Below, piece after piece: positions 1 to 14,139 of a stretch of 64,000 nucleotides of DNA. This DNA comes from Chrysomallon squamiferum (taxonomy: Eukaryota; Animalia; Mollusca). Numbering within the stretch: position 1 is the first letter of the stretch; the number at the start of each line of letters is the position of its first letter. The translations under genes were made by a program, and so were the position numbers. The notes beneath the pieces are model-generated. The model was not told the DNA's origin and made no database searches. It saw only the letters and a program-made list of their open reading frames with translations. The stretch covers positions 19,515,038 through 19,579,037 of the forward strand of contig CM022669.1 in NCBI GenBank assembly GCA_012295275.1. Direction: 5' to 3'.

Positions 1-349
1 TAAAATGATCAGTCTCACCAAGGTAGAATTAAATCATTTTAATTTAAGTCGATCTTTTTTTTTTTTTTATTAATTATTTTAAAGAAATAGGAACTGATAT
101 GTTTCTAAAATCCTCATTTATTCTTAAAACAAAACTTAAGTTTTGAATTTATATTATTTTTTATTGTTTTGTTGTTTTTTGTTAGTTTGGAAACATCTTC
201 ATTGCCTATTCATATCTTCTTATAAATTTATAATTTAAAACATAAAACATAAAAATTAAATTTGTTTTTCTTGAAGTTTTAACCTTTTCAAATTAATTGC
301 TACTTTTATTTTATTTACTTATTATTATTATTATTACATTTTTTTTCAG

Positions 350-3300
350 ATTCCTGCAACAATTACAAGAATATTATTAAATCATTTCCGATGGGATAAA
401 GAAAAACTTATGGAACGGTAATACACTTGTTATGGAAAAAATAAAAACTTTTTCTTTCTTAATCAAACATTTTATTTTTAGTTTGTGAGACATAATTGAA
501 TAAAAGAAGAAAATCATTTAGTCATGTCCATTGTCAGGCTCAGTCATAAAAATTAAAATTTCTGTTGAGAGATAAAACACTAATATATAAATCATCTTTG
601 CATAATATTTTGTCAGTTTTCTCTATTATGTCTGTTTTACATTCTGATTTTCAGGTACTATGATAGCGACCAAGAAGGCTTATTCAATGAAGCTCATGTA
701 GTAAATCCACATCGCAGAGATGTCATTATCAAAGGAAAGGTAAATACCAGAAATTTAAACTTCATATCATATATGAATCACTTCTTTATTATATGTACAA
801 TCATTTTACAAACATTGGTTTTTATTAATCAGGTTCAGCATGCATTGTCTGAAATTTTGAAATCCAAAATGTTTTTGTACAACCAAGGTATTTTGGTGAT
901 TTCATTCTTGATAATATTTGCTTCATGCACTCACCAAAATATTAGAAAAGTATGAAACTATTAACTACATGAGTAAAACATCTCATGTTTATATTTGAAT
1001 TCTATCCTCAAGTTATTCTATTCAAGAACTAAACATTTCTGAACTCTTGGAATCAAACAAATTTATTTATTTTTTTAGACAGGATTTTCAACCTGTAACA
1101 AATTTTTTTTTTAATTATTATTACTATTATTATTTATTTATTTATTTTTTAAAATTCAAATAACCAAATAATTTAAATCTTAAACTTTGGAGCATTTTTA
1201 GTGACCACCAAAGCAGTCACAATTTTCATCTCCATATTACAAACTAAGTGACATTTATATTTGTATGTGAGGAAAGCAGTAAATTGTGTGTGATAATTCT
1301 CATGTGAAAAATGATGTGTCTTGTTGTGTTCCAGAGAACAACTCGCTCAACAGCTGCAGCAGCTGCGTCTTCTTCCAACGACCGTTTGATATGTGAGATC
1401 TGCTGTTTTCCAGCAGACTGTGTTGTAAGTATCCTGCTGTTAATAAACTTCAGATATCTGTATTATGTTATATTGCATGCACTGTTAAACACAGACACTT
1501 CTCATCTAACAGCTTAACTGTTTAATGACCATGCAGACTTATGACCAGTTGATATTGTACACTCTGAGAAAATTTTGGTTTTGGAAATGGTAGCACATCG
1601 TCACATACTGCCATTTTTCAGTCTCAGGCTTGTTCATGAAGTTGGTTTCCATCTTATCTGTTTATTATGGTATACAGCACACAGTTGTATAAATGTTTAA
1701 AAATATACTAAACATGTTACTTTATACTGATTTAATTTTTTTTTTTAAATTTCCTGAATTTTTTGGTCAAACACTTAAATAATTTATACACCAACAGAAA
1801 TTTAAAAAAATGATCATTTAGGAAAACTGTCCACTAGATTTGCCTTGGCAGTTTTCCCATTAATCTTTCCAACTTTGAACTATATAAAAAAATAAAAATA
1901 AATAAAGAAAGAAAGAAAGAAAATACTTCATTACTGTTCTATGGAGAATAAAAATTACCATATCTCTATCTATTGCAGTTGCTGTGGCTGTATGTAATCA
2001 ATAAAAAATTTAATATACAATAAAATAGATCTTCACATGAACACAATACATAATTATTCTTGAAAACATTGTGTGGGTTTTTATTTATCAGGAGATGACA
2101 GGTTTGGAATGTGGTCATCAGTTTTGTACAAAGTGTTGGGAAGATTACCTCACTGCAAAAATCTGTGACGAAGGCATGGGTCAGACAATATCGTGTGCAG
2201 CATTTGGTTGTGATATCCTTGTAGATGATGCTACAGTCATGTACGTAGTTTACATATTGTCATTAAGTGCTTGTCTGTTTTATAAGCACTGTTCATAAAT
2301 AAATCAGTTACTACAGTGTTGATGTTTATTATTAAGTGAGCACAGTTTTGAATAGGAATCTGTGTAGTGTTCATACTCTAAGGAATTGATCTTGAGGTGC
2401 ATATTAAATTTCACAGCTTATAAAGTAATAGTAAAAAAAAATGGTAAACATGTAAGTTCATTAAAACACAGAAAATTATTTTCCATCAGTTTTGATTTGA
2501 TTCTTAATTGATCAGAAAATAGTCTGTAAATTTCTTCAGGTTCTGAGATTATAATTGTTTTATCTAAATTTATATTTTGTTTTTAATATAAGTGATACTT
2601 TCTGTCAGTGATTGTGATAATATTCTGAGTATTAATGTCTTCTTCACGTTTTTATTTTTTTAAATTATTATTTAGGTCACTTATCAAAGATCCTAAAGTT
2701 AAATTGAAATACCAACATATAATAACCAATAGCTTTGTAGAGGTAAGTTAATAGTAATTTATACAAAAAACAAATATGTTTACTTTCATGGTAAAACATG
2801 TTTGGGGATAATAAACATAAAATATATAAACTGTACATCTATATAAAGCTAATTCTAATGTATGTATTGCCATGACCAATATTTCAGTTATTTTTCAATA
2901 CATTTTTTCAGTTATCTTTAATATCCATTTACAATATGCAGCATTAAAATTGTTTTTGAAAGTAACAGTGCATATTTAATTTTGCTAACTATGATTTTGT
3001 GTATAATGTTGTAATTTCAAGGTATTTAAAGTTAATTATGCTAACTATGATTTTGTGTATTATGTTGTAATTTCAAAGTATTTATAGTGAGTTGTGCTAA
3101 CTGATTGTGTAATGTAATTTCAGTGCAATAGGCTTCTACGCTGGTGTCCTGCTCCAGACTGTGGTCATGTGGTCAAAGTGGCATATTTTGACACAAAACC
3201 AGTCACATGTGTCTGTGGGCATACATTTTGGTATGTATATATATCTACAGAAATACAGGTTACTTTAATATTTTCAAATATTCTGAGTACTCGTATTAAA

Positions 3301-5935
3301 TAACTGTATACAAATACTGTATAGTAATTTCACTACAGGCTACCTTTCGACTTATTTTTAAAAATTCTGGGCTCATATTAAATAACAATATGATGTGTAT
3401 ACTTAACTTCTGTATAGAAATATGGGCTTCATTCTTCTATATTTTTCTGATGTAGAACAAGAATATATTACTAATAATGCAGAGCAGTATATAGTTTTCA
3501 TGTCTGTTGTATTCACTGTATTAAAAGTCAGAAGATATAATAAAATAATTTATTTTTCACTTACGAATATGAACTGCCTGATTTCATATTTGTCTTAAAA
3601 AAATTTCATTGGATTCATTATTAAATAATATAGTTTTCCTTGGCTTTCGGATTGTAGATATTTTTCAGTTAACATCAAAATGTAAGACTAATCTTGTTTT
3701 ATGCTTTTCATTAGCAGACTTGTTAATTTTCTGTTTTCATTTCAGGTAAAGAATAATTCATTCACAAATGTTTTCAGTATAAATAATAAGAAGTTTAGTA
3801 CTGCTATTATTTTTGCTATTCAAATTAACCAGTATTTCAGGCTGTCTGTTTTGGATAACTAGTAATAATTCAATTTTATTTGTGTGCTTTTCCCAATGAT
3901 AATAAGTGATTGATTATATTTTTGTAGGTTTTTTTTAATATATATATCTTGTTGAGTTGATGAATAACTAATAATAATTCAGTTTTTCCAGTGATAGTAA
4001 GCGATTGATTGTGTTATTTTCAGTTTTGTTTTTTACATGTTGAGTAGATGAATATCTAGTAATAATACAGTTTAAATTTTTTTTTTTTTTTTTTTCAATG
4101 ATTGGTTGTGTTATTTTTCAATGATTGGTTGTGTTATTTTCAGTTTTTTTTATGTATCGAGTTGAGTAGATGAATATCTAGTAATAATACAGTTTAAATT
4201 ATTATTATTATTTTTTTCAATCGTTGGTTGTGTTATTTGCAGTTTTTCCTGTGGTGAAAACTGGCATGACCCAGTACGGTGTAGATGGCTTCGCAAGTGG
4301 ATCAAGAAATGTGATGATGACAGCGAAACTTCCAACTGGATTGCTGCCAACACAAAGGTACATCATCAGTTAAACATAACATGTAGTCAGATATAATTAA
4401 TATTACTGAATTACAGAGAGAAAGAGAGAGAGATTAAATATTCCTATTTATTTTGAATAATCCTGGTTGTAATTTCAGTAATGAATGGTCATCCTACACA
4501 CACGCACACACAAACTCACACACACATATGCACAGATATATATATATGGAGAGAAAGAGTGAATGTATACAATCTGAATAAATAACATACACATGAAAAT
4601 GCTAATAAAATGTGTGTAATGGCTTTGCAAGTGGATCAGGAAGTGTTATGACGACAGCGAAACCTCCCACTGGATTGCTGCCAACACAAAGGTACATCAT
4701 CAGTTAAACATAACATGTAGTCAGATATAATTTATGTTACTGAATTACAGAGAGAAAGAGAGAGAGATTAAATATTCCTATTTATTTTGAATTTCTGTCA
4801 TGAACAGTCATCCTACACACACAGATATATATGGAGAGAAAGAGTGAATGTATACAATTTGAATAAATAACGTACACATGGAAATGCTAATGAAATGTGT
4901 GTAAGTCAGGGTTTCTTGTGGACGACTGATTGTTTTAAAAATGAATCAGCCGAAGGAAAGACCACTTATTCTGTGTTGCGTGTGTGCATGAATATCACTG
5001 AGTCAGTGAGTGAGAAAGAGTGTGAATGAATTTTTTTAATGCAGAATAAGTAGTAACTGATCAATACAATACTGAAAAATAAATTAACATCAAAAGATGT
5101 TTTTATTATTTTTTTAATTTATAATCACTGCTAAACAGTTTTAAAACATAATATGTGGTAATACATATAAAGTACCAATAATATAATAATAAAAATCCAT
5201 AACTAAAACTTTCAACTGTAATATAGAGAATTGTATCTCTAGTTTTGGCAAATATTTTCAGAAACATTCACCATAACCTGACCTAAACTTTTAATTATCA
5301 ATGTATTACTGATATTTGAAAATAAATACATTTATTAAAAAAAAAAAAAAATACCCCACTAAACCCAGAATATCTATTTTAGATAATTATAATAAAAAAA
5401 ATGATGAATTCTTTGTTATTTTTGTTGCCAAGGAGTGTCCGAAATGTCATGTGACTATAGAAAAAGATGGAGGTTGTAACCACATGGTGTGTAAAAACCA
5501 GAATTGTAAAGCAGATTTCTGCTGGGTGTGTCTTGGTCCCTGGGAGCCTCATGGTTCTTCATGGTCAGATTTTTAAAAATTATTCTTAATTGTGACTGAT
5601 AGAAATGTATAAACACATTTAAAAGTTGCCTGCTGAAAACTTTATTAATAAGTTATAACTTCAGTGATGCTAATGTCACATTTAAAATAAATAACTGGAT
5701 TTCTTTTTATATTAGTTTCAAGAACTGTTTTTATAGTAATAAGCAGTGTTTTCTTTCTCTTGCATTGTTTATTTATTTAATGATGTCCACAAGTACACAC
5801 TAATTAACTGTTAAATCTTTTATTTAATTATAGATACTATTTTCTTATAGACATTATTTTATATTATTTATGTATATAAATATTTATTTACATATTTTTT
5901 TGTATGTTATTTATTTTTTTGTTTTTTACTGTATG

Positions 5936-5966
<31 letters not shown>

Positions 5967-5973
5967 AATTACA

Positions 5974-6008
<35 letters not shown>

Positions 6009-8191
6009 ATATATATATATATATGTACACATGTACACACATAACTTTTTTTTATTGATTTACACATTATTTATATATTTATGTGTTGCTTTTGCTAGGT
6101 ACAATTGTAATCGGTATAATGAAGATGTAGCAAAGAAAGCTAGAGATGCTCAGGAAGTAGGAAATTATCTGTGTTCCTAGTTTTCTCATGAATTTAATTT
6201 CAGAAAATACATAAAATATTAATGCTTTATGTAACATTAAACTAATTTGTAACATATGATAATCAGCATCTAATATCATACTAACAATATAACAAAATAT
6301 TTTATAAACTTTATTTTAAATTTGTTTGATTCAAATTATAATATAACTTGAAAATTAATTTTTTTAGCTGTATATAAATACATAAGTATTTCTTTTTGGT
6401 CAAATGACCTTATTCATTATCTTGTTTTTTGTTTATTTTATTTGTTTGTTTGTTTGTTTATTTGTTTGTGTTTATTGTTTAAGAAATCAAGATCAGCTCT
6501 GCAGCGTTATCTGTTCTATTGTAATAGATACATGAATCATATGCAGAGTTTAAAATTTGAAAGCAAGGTGAGAAAATAGTTAAAGAAACAACTATGCACA
6601 TACTTTGTCAATTTTTATATAACATTGATGTTGTGAGCCTTTTATTAAACTCCCAAATTACTTTTAGTTTTCTATTTTTACTTTTTAATCTAAGCTGGGG
6701 GGAAATAATAATAATAATAATATTTAAATAAATAATAAAAAATTAAGAAATAAAATAAAATAAATAAAAATTAACACTTTCAGTATGAAATGTTAGGTTT
6801 CATTTGTCAAGAGTTATTAACTAAGAAATATTTCTTGTCAAACGTGAAATAAAAGATTTTTCTGTTTTACAGTTGTATGCCTCAATTCGTGCCAAGATGG
6901 AGGAAATGCAGCATCACAACATGTCTTGGATTGAAGTTCAGTTCCTCAAGAAAGCTGTCGATGTTTTGTGTTTGTGTCGGCAGACGCTAATGTACACTTA
7001 CGTTTTCGCTTTCTACTTGATGAAAAATAACCAGTCCATTATTTTTGAGGTATGATGTTTTAATATGTTACAAACCAAAGAAAATGAATTGCAGCGAGTG
7101 TTTTGGGGATTTTTTTTTGGCTGTGAAGATTTGCAGGCTCGATTCTTTTTAATGCTTTGTTTAATTAACAACCATAACAACAATTAATTACAATTAGCTA
7201 AAACTTGGGTAAATATGGTTTTTAAATGAATTCTTTCTGTTAGCAAAAGTGTTCATAGTAACAGCACTGAATTTTGTTTATCAAACTAGTCTGAAATCTA
7301 ATTTTTAGTTAGTCTAGAAAAAGGTTTATTTACTGATAAACATACTATATTATTTGGTTAAAGATGGTTGCTACAGAAAGTTGATTTAATTCTTATAGAT
7401 GACATTTCATTACTGTCAGTTTACTGGTCAAAGAGATCCAAAATACTGAAAGTTGACTGGTTGATGAAATTCTAATGCTGTCATCTAATTAAATCAACAT
7501 TCAGTAGCAACATCTTTTACTGAATGATATAGTATTGATGTATGCTCGTTGTTTAATGTTGTTTGATCCGGAGGTGAGATTTTAGTGGACACGTTGATCT
7601 ATTTCAGGAAAACCAAAAAGACTTAGAGAATGCCACAGAACAGTTGTCAGAGTATCTAGAACGGGATATTTCGTCAGAGATGTTAGCAGACATCAAACAG
7701 AAAGTGCAAGATAAATACAGGTAATAGTTACATTTAATTCTTTGGAATTTATAGACAGACAGACAGACACACACACAGATACATATATCGGTGAGAATAA
7801 GCATAAAATAAAGCAGTAAATATTGGTAAATTTAACTTTATCAACAAATGCAGACAGTAATAACTGGTTTATAAATGATATTATCATGGATTAACTTAGT
7901 GAATGTATGCAGTTTTATTTAAATGTTTGAGCTACTATAAGTTCATAAAATAGAGCAATAAGTAAAAATAATACCAAAATCTTTGCTTTCTAAATTCATT
8001 AAACTATTAATTATTTCCTATTACTGCTTTAGTTTGTTTTATTTCTAATAAAAACCTATATAAACTTATTTATTTAAACTGTTTATGTATTTATTTATTT
8101 ATTTACTTACTTCCTTATTTATTTATTTAATTACTTAGTTTATTTAATTAATTACTTAATTTATTTATTTTATTATTACTATTTGTTTATT

Positions 8192-8222
<31 letters not shown>

Positions 8223-8397
8223 TTTTATTATTTTATTATTTATTTATTTATTATTATTATTACTATGTATTTTTTATTCATGGATTCATTTATTTGTGTT
8301 TATTTGTAGATACTGTGAGAGTCGGAGGAAGGTTCTATTAGATCATGTTCATGAGGGTTATGAGAAGGATCTGTGGGAATACATCCAGGAGATATGA
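350..8397 (+). CDS. ARIH1: E3 ubiquitin ligase ariadne-1 (RBR family), 5'-partial; 13 exons in window
   Basis: GT-AG exons read in frame: 350-417, 655-739, 1335-1424, 2092-2240, 2676-2742, 3124-3230, 4243-4357, 5433-5563, 6099-6156, 6484-6567, 6873-7049, 7608-7720, 8310-8397 (TGA). Translation includes [21 protein letters not shown]1 ([10 protein letters not shown]), IBR ([10 protein letters not shown]), RING2 ([20 protein letters not shown]) and the Ariadne domain ([17 protein letters not shown]...[31 protein letters not shown]). Confidence 0.96.
2983..3123 (+). repeat. Three ~50-55 bp tandem units forming the branch point and 3' splice site of an ARIH1 intron
   Basis: TGCTAACT...TTGTGT...TGTAATTTCA occurs three times, ending TTTCAAG, TTTCAAA and finally TTTCAG (true acceptor at 3122-3123). 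Confidence 0.8.
3905..4242 (+). repeat. Degenerate ~100-120 bp tandem repeat ending at an ARIH1 acceptor
   Basis: Repeated GATTG(A/G)TTGTGTTATTTT(T)CAGTTTT...GTTGAGTAGATGAATATCTAGTAATAATACAGTTTAAATT; the last partial unit is the real acceptor (TTTGCAG, 4241-4242). Confidence 0.75.
4279..4903 (+). repeat. Tandem duplication (~335 + ~290 bp) of the 3' half of an ARIH1 exon, its donor and the intron start
   Basis: 4614-4903 repeats 4279-4613, including a [24 protein letters not shown] reading and AAG|GTACAT at 4691/4692. Confidence 0.92.
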
Positions 8398-11300
8398 GAT
8401 CTGTGTCTAGTTTACTCTGAGCCATGCCTAATATGTTTTGTTGGGGGAGCACTGCCCTTCTGACAGTCTCTTATACACAGTGTGTTAACCTCTGCTGTTT
8501 GTTTAATCAAATTTGGGAAGCTTGATAAACACTAAACAAGGCATTGCTGTTCCTTCTTTCCTGTAGAGCGTATTTTACCGAGCATGTGCATCTTCTCCTT
8601 TCATTTTTTTTTAATTTTTTTTAATTTTTTTTAAAGACAAAATGAACAGTAATCATAATTTGTCATTTAATTGCTTTCTTTTTTTTTTTTTTTCCCTCTT
8701 CTAATTTTCTAAAATAAATGCACGCCCAAGGCCGTGCATATTTCATAAGTTTCTATTTATGTGTACATGAGTGTGTATGATGCTGCCTGCAAATCACTAT
8801 GCTAAAAAATAAGAAATTATTTTTATTTTAGGCTGTTACAGAATTATAATTATTTTTTTTTTATCAGTATTTCCTAACTACCCCCCTGTCTTGAATAAAA
8901 ATAAAAACAGAAAAAACCCACAAAATTAACGAAATTCAGCAAAAAACAAATGTTAAAAATAATTAAAACAACTAAAAGAACCCAATCCTGGTTAATGTTT
9001 CTTTGGTTGAAGGAAATATCAAGTATTTCTCAAGGGTTGATATGAAGGTTTCATCTTAAACAAGTTTCTAGTTTTAAACATTTTAACACTATCATTGAAG
9101 TACTTTTTCTTCTTCTACTTCTCTGCAGCAAGTTGCTGAGTGTTTTTTTTTTTTTTTAATAATTTTGTCACTCTGCTGTGAAACTGTTAAATGTATTTTA
9201 ATATTTATGTATTTAAAAAAATAACAAAGTAAAATAAATTAAAAATACAAAAGAAAGATAATGATGTCCAATATTACGAAAAAAAAAGCAAAAAAGTTTT
9301 TTTTTTTTTTTTTTTTAAAGAAGAATTTATTCCTGTTGATCAATGTCTTTTTTTTCTTTTCTTTTTTTTCTTAGGTTTTTGGCTCAATGGCTGAAATGTT
9401 TACTGTTGATGTATTGTTTTTTTTCAAATTATAGTTTTCTGTTGTATTTCAATTTTTGCCTGTTGGACAGTTTTTTAATTAGATCCTGCACTTAGCTTGA
9501 CTTATCTGGTTTTAATGGCACCACATTTAATACATTTGTTATCTTCAAACTGTAATATAGACATAATATTTGGTATTTTTTTAATTTTTAATTTATTTTT
9601 TTTCATATGGCATATGTAATTCAAAGCTTTAAAATATTAAAACAGTGTCAAGAAAGATTCTGTTCTTATGAAATGAATGAAAAATTATGATGAATCATTC
9701 TTCTGATGGGAAATAAAATATAAATATTGTTGAAATTGGCTCTGTTGACATTATTTTTTAAAGTTATTAAAATTGTTGGGTTTTTTTGTTCTTTTTTATG
9801 TTTGTTAAGCAAAATAAATATTTAATGTAAGCTTATCTCTGAATGATCTTACAAAACAGGTTTTTAGTATTATATCCAGATAAGTCGGGCAAAACAGAAC
9901 ACAAGTGAAAAATAGCCAATAATTATTTATTTATTTATTCAAGCTTTACGCTGTATTTAGTAAAATACTTTATATTGTCAGTACATGCACACACCCACTA
10001 TATGCTGAAAATTGGTCCTAGGTGAAAAATTGTCAAGATATTTGTATTTAGAAAAAAATATTCATATTGTTACTACTTGTATACTTCTTTATGGAATGCT
10101 CAGTTACTATTTGTTGTTTGAAAAATTGATTTGATATCGAAGACAGAAAGAAAAGAAGAACTGCTGTATGTTAAGGAGACCTTCACAAACTTTCTTCTTG
10201 TTTTGTTAGGTGCCATTGAAAAACTGACTTGATTTTTAAAGTTAATCAGTTAAAAGATTGTATGCAAAATCTTTATGCAGTGCCCTAGTTTGTTAAAAAA
10301 AAGAAGTAAAAACACAACTAAAGTTACGGGTGCTGCGTTTTGGGTTCTTTTTCTGAAGATCATGGTGTTTTAATGTTTATAAAAGATTTTTTTCCTGTAA
10401 TGTGTAAAATATATATAGTTTATGTATTAAAAATGTTAAAACAGAACACATTTTTGTAGTAACACTTCTTTTGTTTCACATAACAATGACCATAAAGAAG
10501 ATTAGGTTAGATTTTATTTACCAAATCAAAATATTTATTAAACTGTTTCAGGTAGGAAAGAAAAAACATCACTGATTCAACAAATTAGATATTATTATTT
10601 TTTTTTTTTTTGGTTCTAAGTTATTATCAATACATCAATAATTATCAACAGTGTAAATAACTATCAACATGGCTTCATTTAAATAACATCATATATAAAT
10701 ATATCAATTGAATCGAGATATAAATAATAGTTTTTCCTACACTTATATATTTGATATCAAGAAACCTTAGATATCAATATTTTTCACAAATACAGTCAGT
10801 ATTTGAATAATCTTAACTGCTTTGTAAACCAGCAGAAAAATCTTGATTTAAATAATATTATCAATCCTACCGAGATTTAAGTATTTTGTTATATTAATGC
10901 AAGTTGAAAATTACTTCCTAGCTCATCACAGTATAGATACAATTGTCTTTGAAGCTGTGGTTTAAATTGATACAGTTTAAATCCATTTTTAATATGGTGT
11001 AAATTTAAGTAGCATTTACCAGCAATCTAGTTTTAAATAATATTTATAAAATATCTGAGTTTATGAATATATTTCAATTAACATTTACCAACTGACAACA
11101 TTTAAGTTAACGTTTATCAATAGTCCACATTTAAAATTAACATTATGAACACAGCTCAGAAAATTAATAATTATTCAGTTTGCATTAAGATATCATCATA
11201 CACAATATAACTGCAAAATAAAATTTATAGTCTAGGTTTAAATAATTTCATCAAGGTTGTCTAGATATTGTGACCACTAGCTAATTCATATAACAGTTCA

Positions 11301-14098
11301 TCTTCATGGCCTAGTTTAAATACTCTTACAGTTTTCTGCACCATAAAATATTACTTCTGAATTTTTATATGTTGTTTTACTTTCTTGTCAGAAACTGTAA
11401 AGGCATAAAAGGAATGCAAATTTTGATTTAGTTTCATCTTCATAAAGAAACGATCTATCTAATTTAATCTTTAAAACATTTTATTAACAGCATTTTTTAC
11501 ATTGTTACACATTTTCCATCTGCAAAATCTAAGAATTCTCTTTAAAAAAAAATAATAATAATAATACAAATAATAATAATAATAATAATAGTTTTAATAG
11601 TAATAAAATGTAAATTGTAAAAGCATATGTAGAAATCTTACTTTTTGTTTATTCGTATTAGATTAATCTCTTTATATTGTAATTTTGGTTTAAATTTGAT
11701 AGCAACAGATTTCTCTGAAATTCAGATTTATGAATTGTACAAAAGATTTAGTGTTTTTGTTATTAGTCTGATAGTGTATAATGTTTTAGGTTTACATCAT
11801 GAGAATTTGTATTTATTTATGAATCTAAATATGTTTATGTAGCAAAATCCTGTTTTATAAGCACTAATCAACAGATGTAGTTTTACACTTTATTTTATTA
11901 ACATAATAAAAAACAAAAGTAATGATTTACTTTTATTAAATAACAAAATGTTATGTTACATATATAGCATCAGATTTTATAACAACAGAATATCATATTT
12001 TAAATTTATTTTTTAATTATGTTTTATTTATTTATTTATTTTATTATTATTTTTTTTAAATAAAATATTCACCAAGTTTTATGGCAGCTGAGGCTTATTT
12101 GGTGGCATTTTGCTCTTCAGAAATTAATTTCAATATTTCAGTTTCTTACTTTTTAAAAGTTATGAATGAAAATTTTGTTTCTTAATGTAATAGTTTACTT
12201 AGCTTCCACATAAACAATTTGCACAGGGATCTGGAGTTTTAGATTCCCCTGCTTTACTAACTGTCTTAGTTACTGGTATTAGTAGTGGGTATTTCAAACA
12301 CTATTCTGTATAATGTATAAATAAATTTTATTTATTTCCATCAATTCAAGAAAAAGAAAAAAGGTATTAATTTAAAATCAAAGTTATTGAAAACAATATC
12401 TCATGCTTTTATTTTTTGTTTTTTCAGTGATATTTCATTAATTCATTACCTTCATGCCAGTCACCTCATTCTAATACAAGTATAAAATAAAATGTTTGTG
12501 TAAATAAAATTTAATTTTATGTAATGTTAATAACAATAAATTCAACAGTTTGGATGAAAATATTTGTTTAAATCCTCAGTGAAATATTTTTATTAACAAT
12601 TTTGTTCAGTTTGCAGATATATCTTTCAAGCTTTTTTATTTTTATTCTTACTTTTTTTTTCTTATTATTTATTTATTTATTTATTTATTTTATGCTGGCT
12701 TTTATTATTTTGGTTCCTATGCATTTATTTATGTTCTTTAATGAAGAAAACTATGTGAATGTATTACCTCTTAACTGTATTATAACCTTGATACATTGTT
12801 TCACTACAAAAGACGTGTGTTGTTCCTTAACAAAATATAAATTGTAATCCTTACAAAAATATTAATCTGTTACAGATTTATAAATTGTTTCCTTGTCTTT
12901 TCCTTTTCCATTATTTTTTCCTCTATTTTTTTTTCTCTCTTCTGTTGTTTATTTTAAATTTTGTTTAATAAAATCTTCATTGTTTATTGATATCTTTCAG
13001 AATCATGATTGATTGACTGTATTTGCTATATGATTGTGAAAGACTTTTTACTTGGATATTAAAATGTGTTAACTAAGAAACCAGCGCATTTATTTTTATT
13101 ACTATTATTATTATTATTAATCCTTTAACTAGGGCAAAATTTGACAGGAATACAAGCAACCCTTCACCGAAAAAAAAGGTTTTTTTTGAATATTTTTAAT
13201 ATATATATATAATATTGTAAAAGAATTGATTACAGCACACTGCAAATACAACAAAGGTTTTTTCTATTTTACTGCTTTATTACAAACTATATATATAAAA
13301 CCCTTGATAATACCAGTAGTTATTAAATAAACTGTAATTAGAAGAAACAGAAGAAGAAGAAAGAAAGAAAAAGAAAGAAAAAAAAAAAAAAAAAATGTTA
13401 TCCGAGTTCTGATTGGCCATGAAGAAAAACGAAACTGTTAATTGGTACACAATGAAAATTTTGTTCAAACAGGACTTATATCTTGGCTATAAATCTAACA
13501 CAGAAAGAAAGAAAAAAGAAAAAATTTATATTTATGAATCTACATTTAGAAATTAATACGATGTCAAAAATATGCATGACTGCCTGTGTTCTTTATGTAT
13601 TCACAATATAAATAAAATGAGGAATGCATCTGAAATAGCTTTAACACAATAATAAATAAAAACTAACTAAAAACTTTGCTTTCAGAATTCAATAAGCTAT
13701 TAGTTATTTATTTTACTGTTTTATTTATTTGGTGTTTTATAATGTTTTTAAAAAAAAATGTATTCCTTAAAGCGAACTTCGCGCTGAATATAAATAATTC
13801 ATTTTTTTATTTTTTATTTTTATGATGATAATGATGATGATAAATGAATTAAATATATAAAAAAAAAATGGAATTCTTTTTTAGTGTTATTACCTTTGAG
13901 TGGTTAACTTTGTTTTAAGCATACTTTAAATAAATTAATTATTACGTGAGAATCAATGTTGACAGTAACATTTTCGATACTGTAATGACAGTGTACTGTA
14001 TATGTATGTACTATGAGTTATATAGAGCCTGCTTCAAGTGAAATTAAACACAATGGAATTTTCGATTCCCGTTTTTAATTAATTAATTAATTTATTGG

Positions 14099-14139
<41 letters not shown>

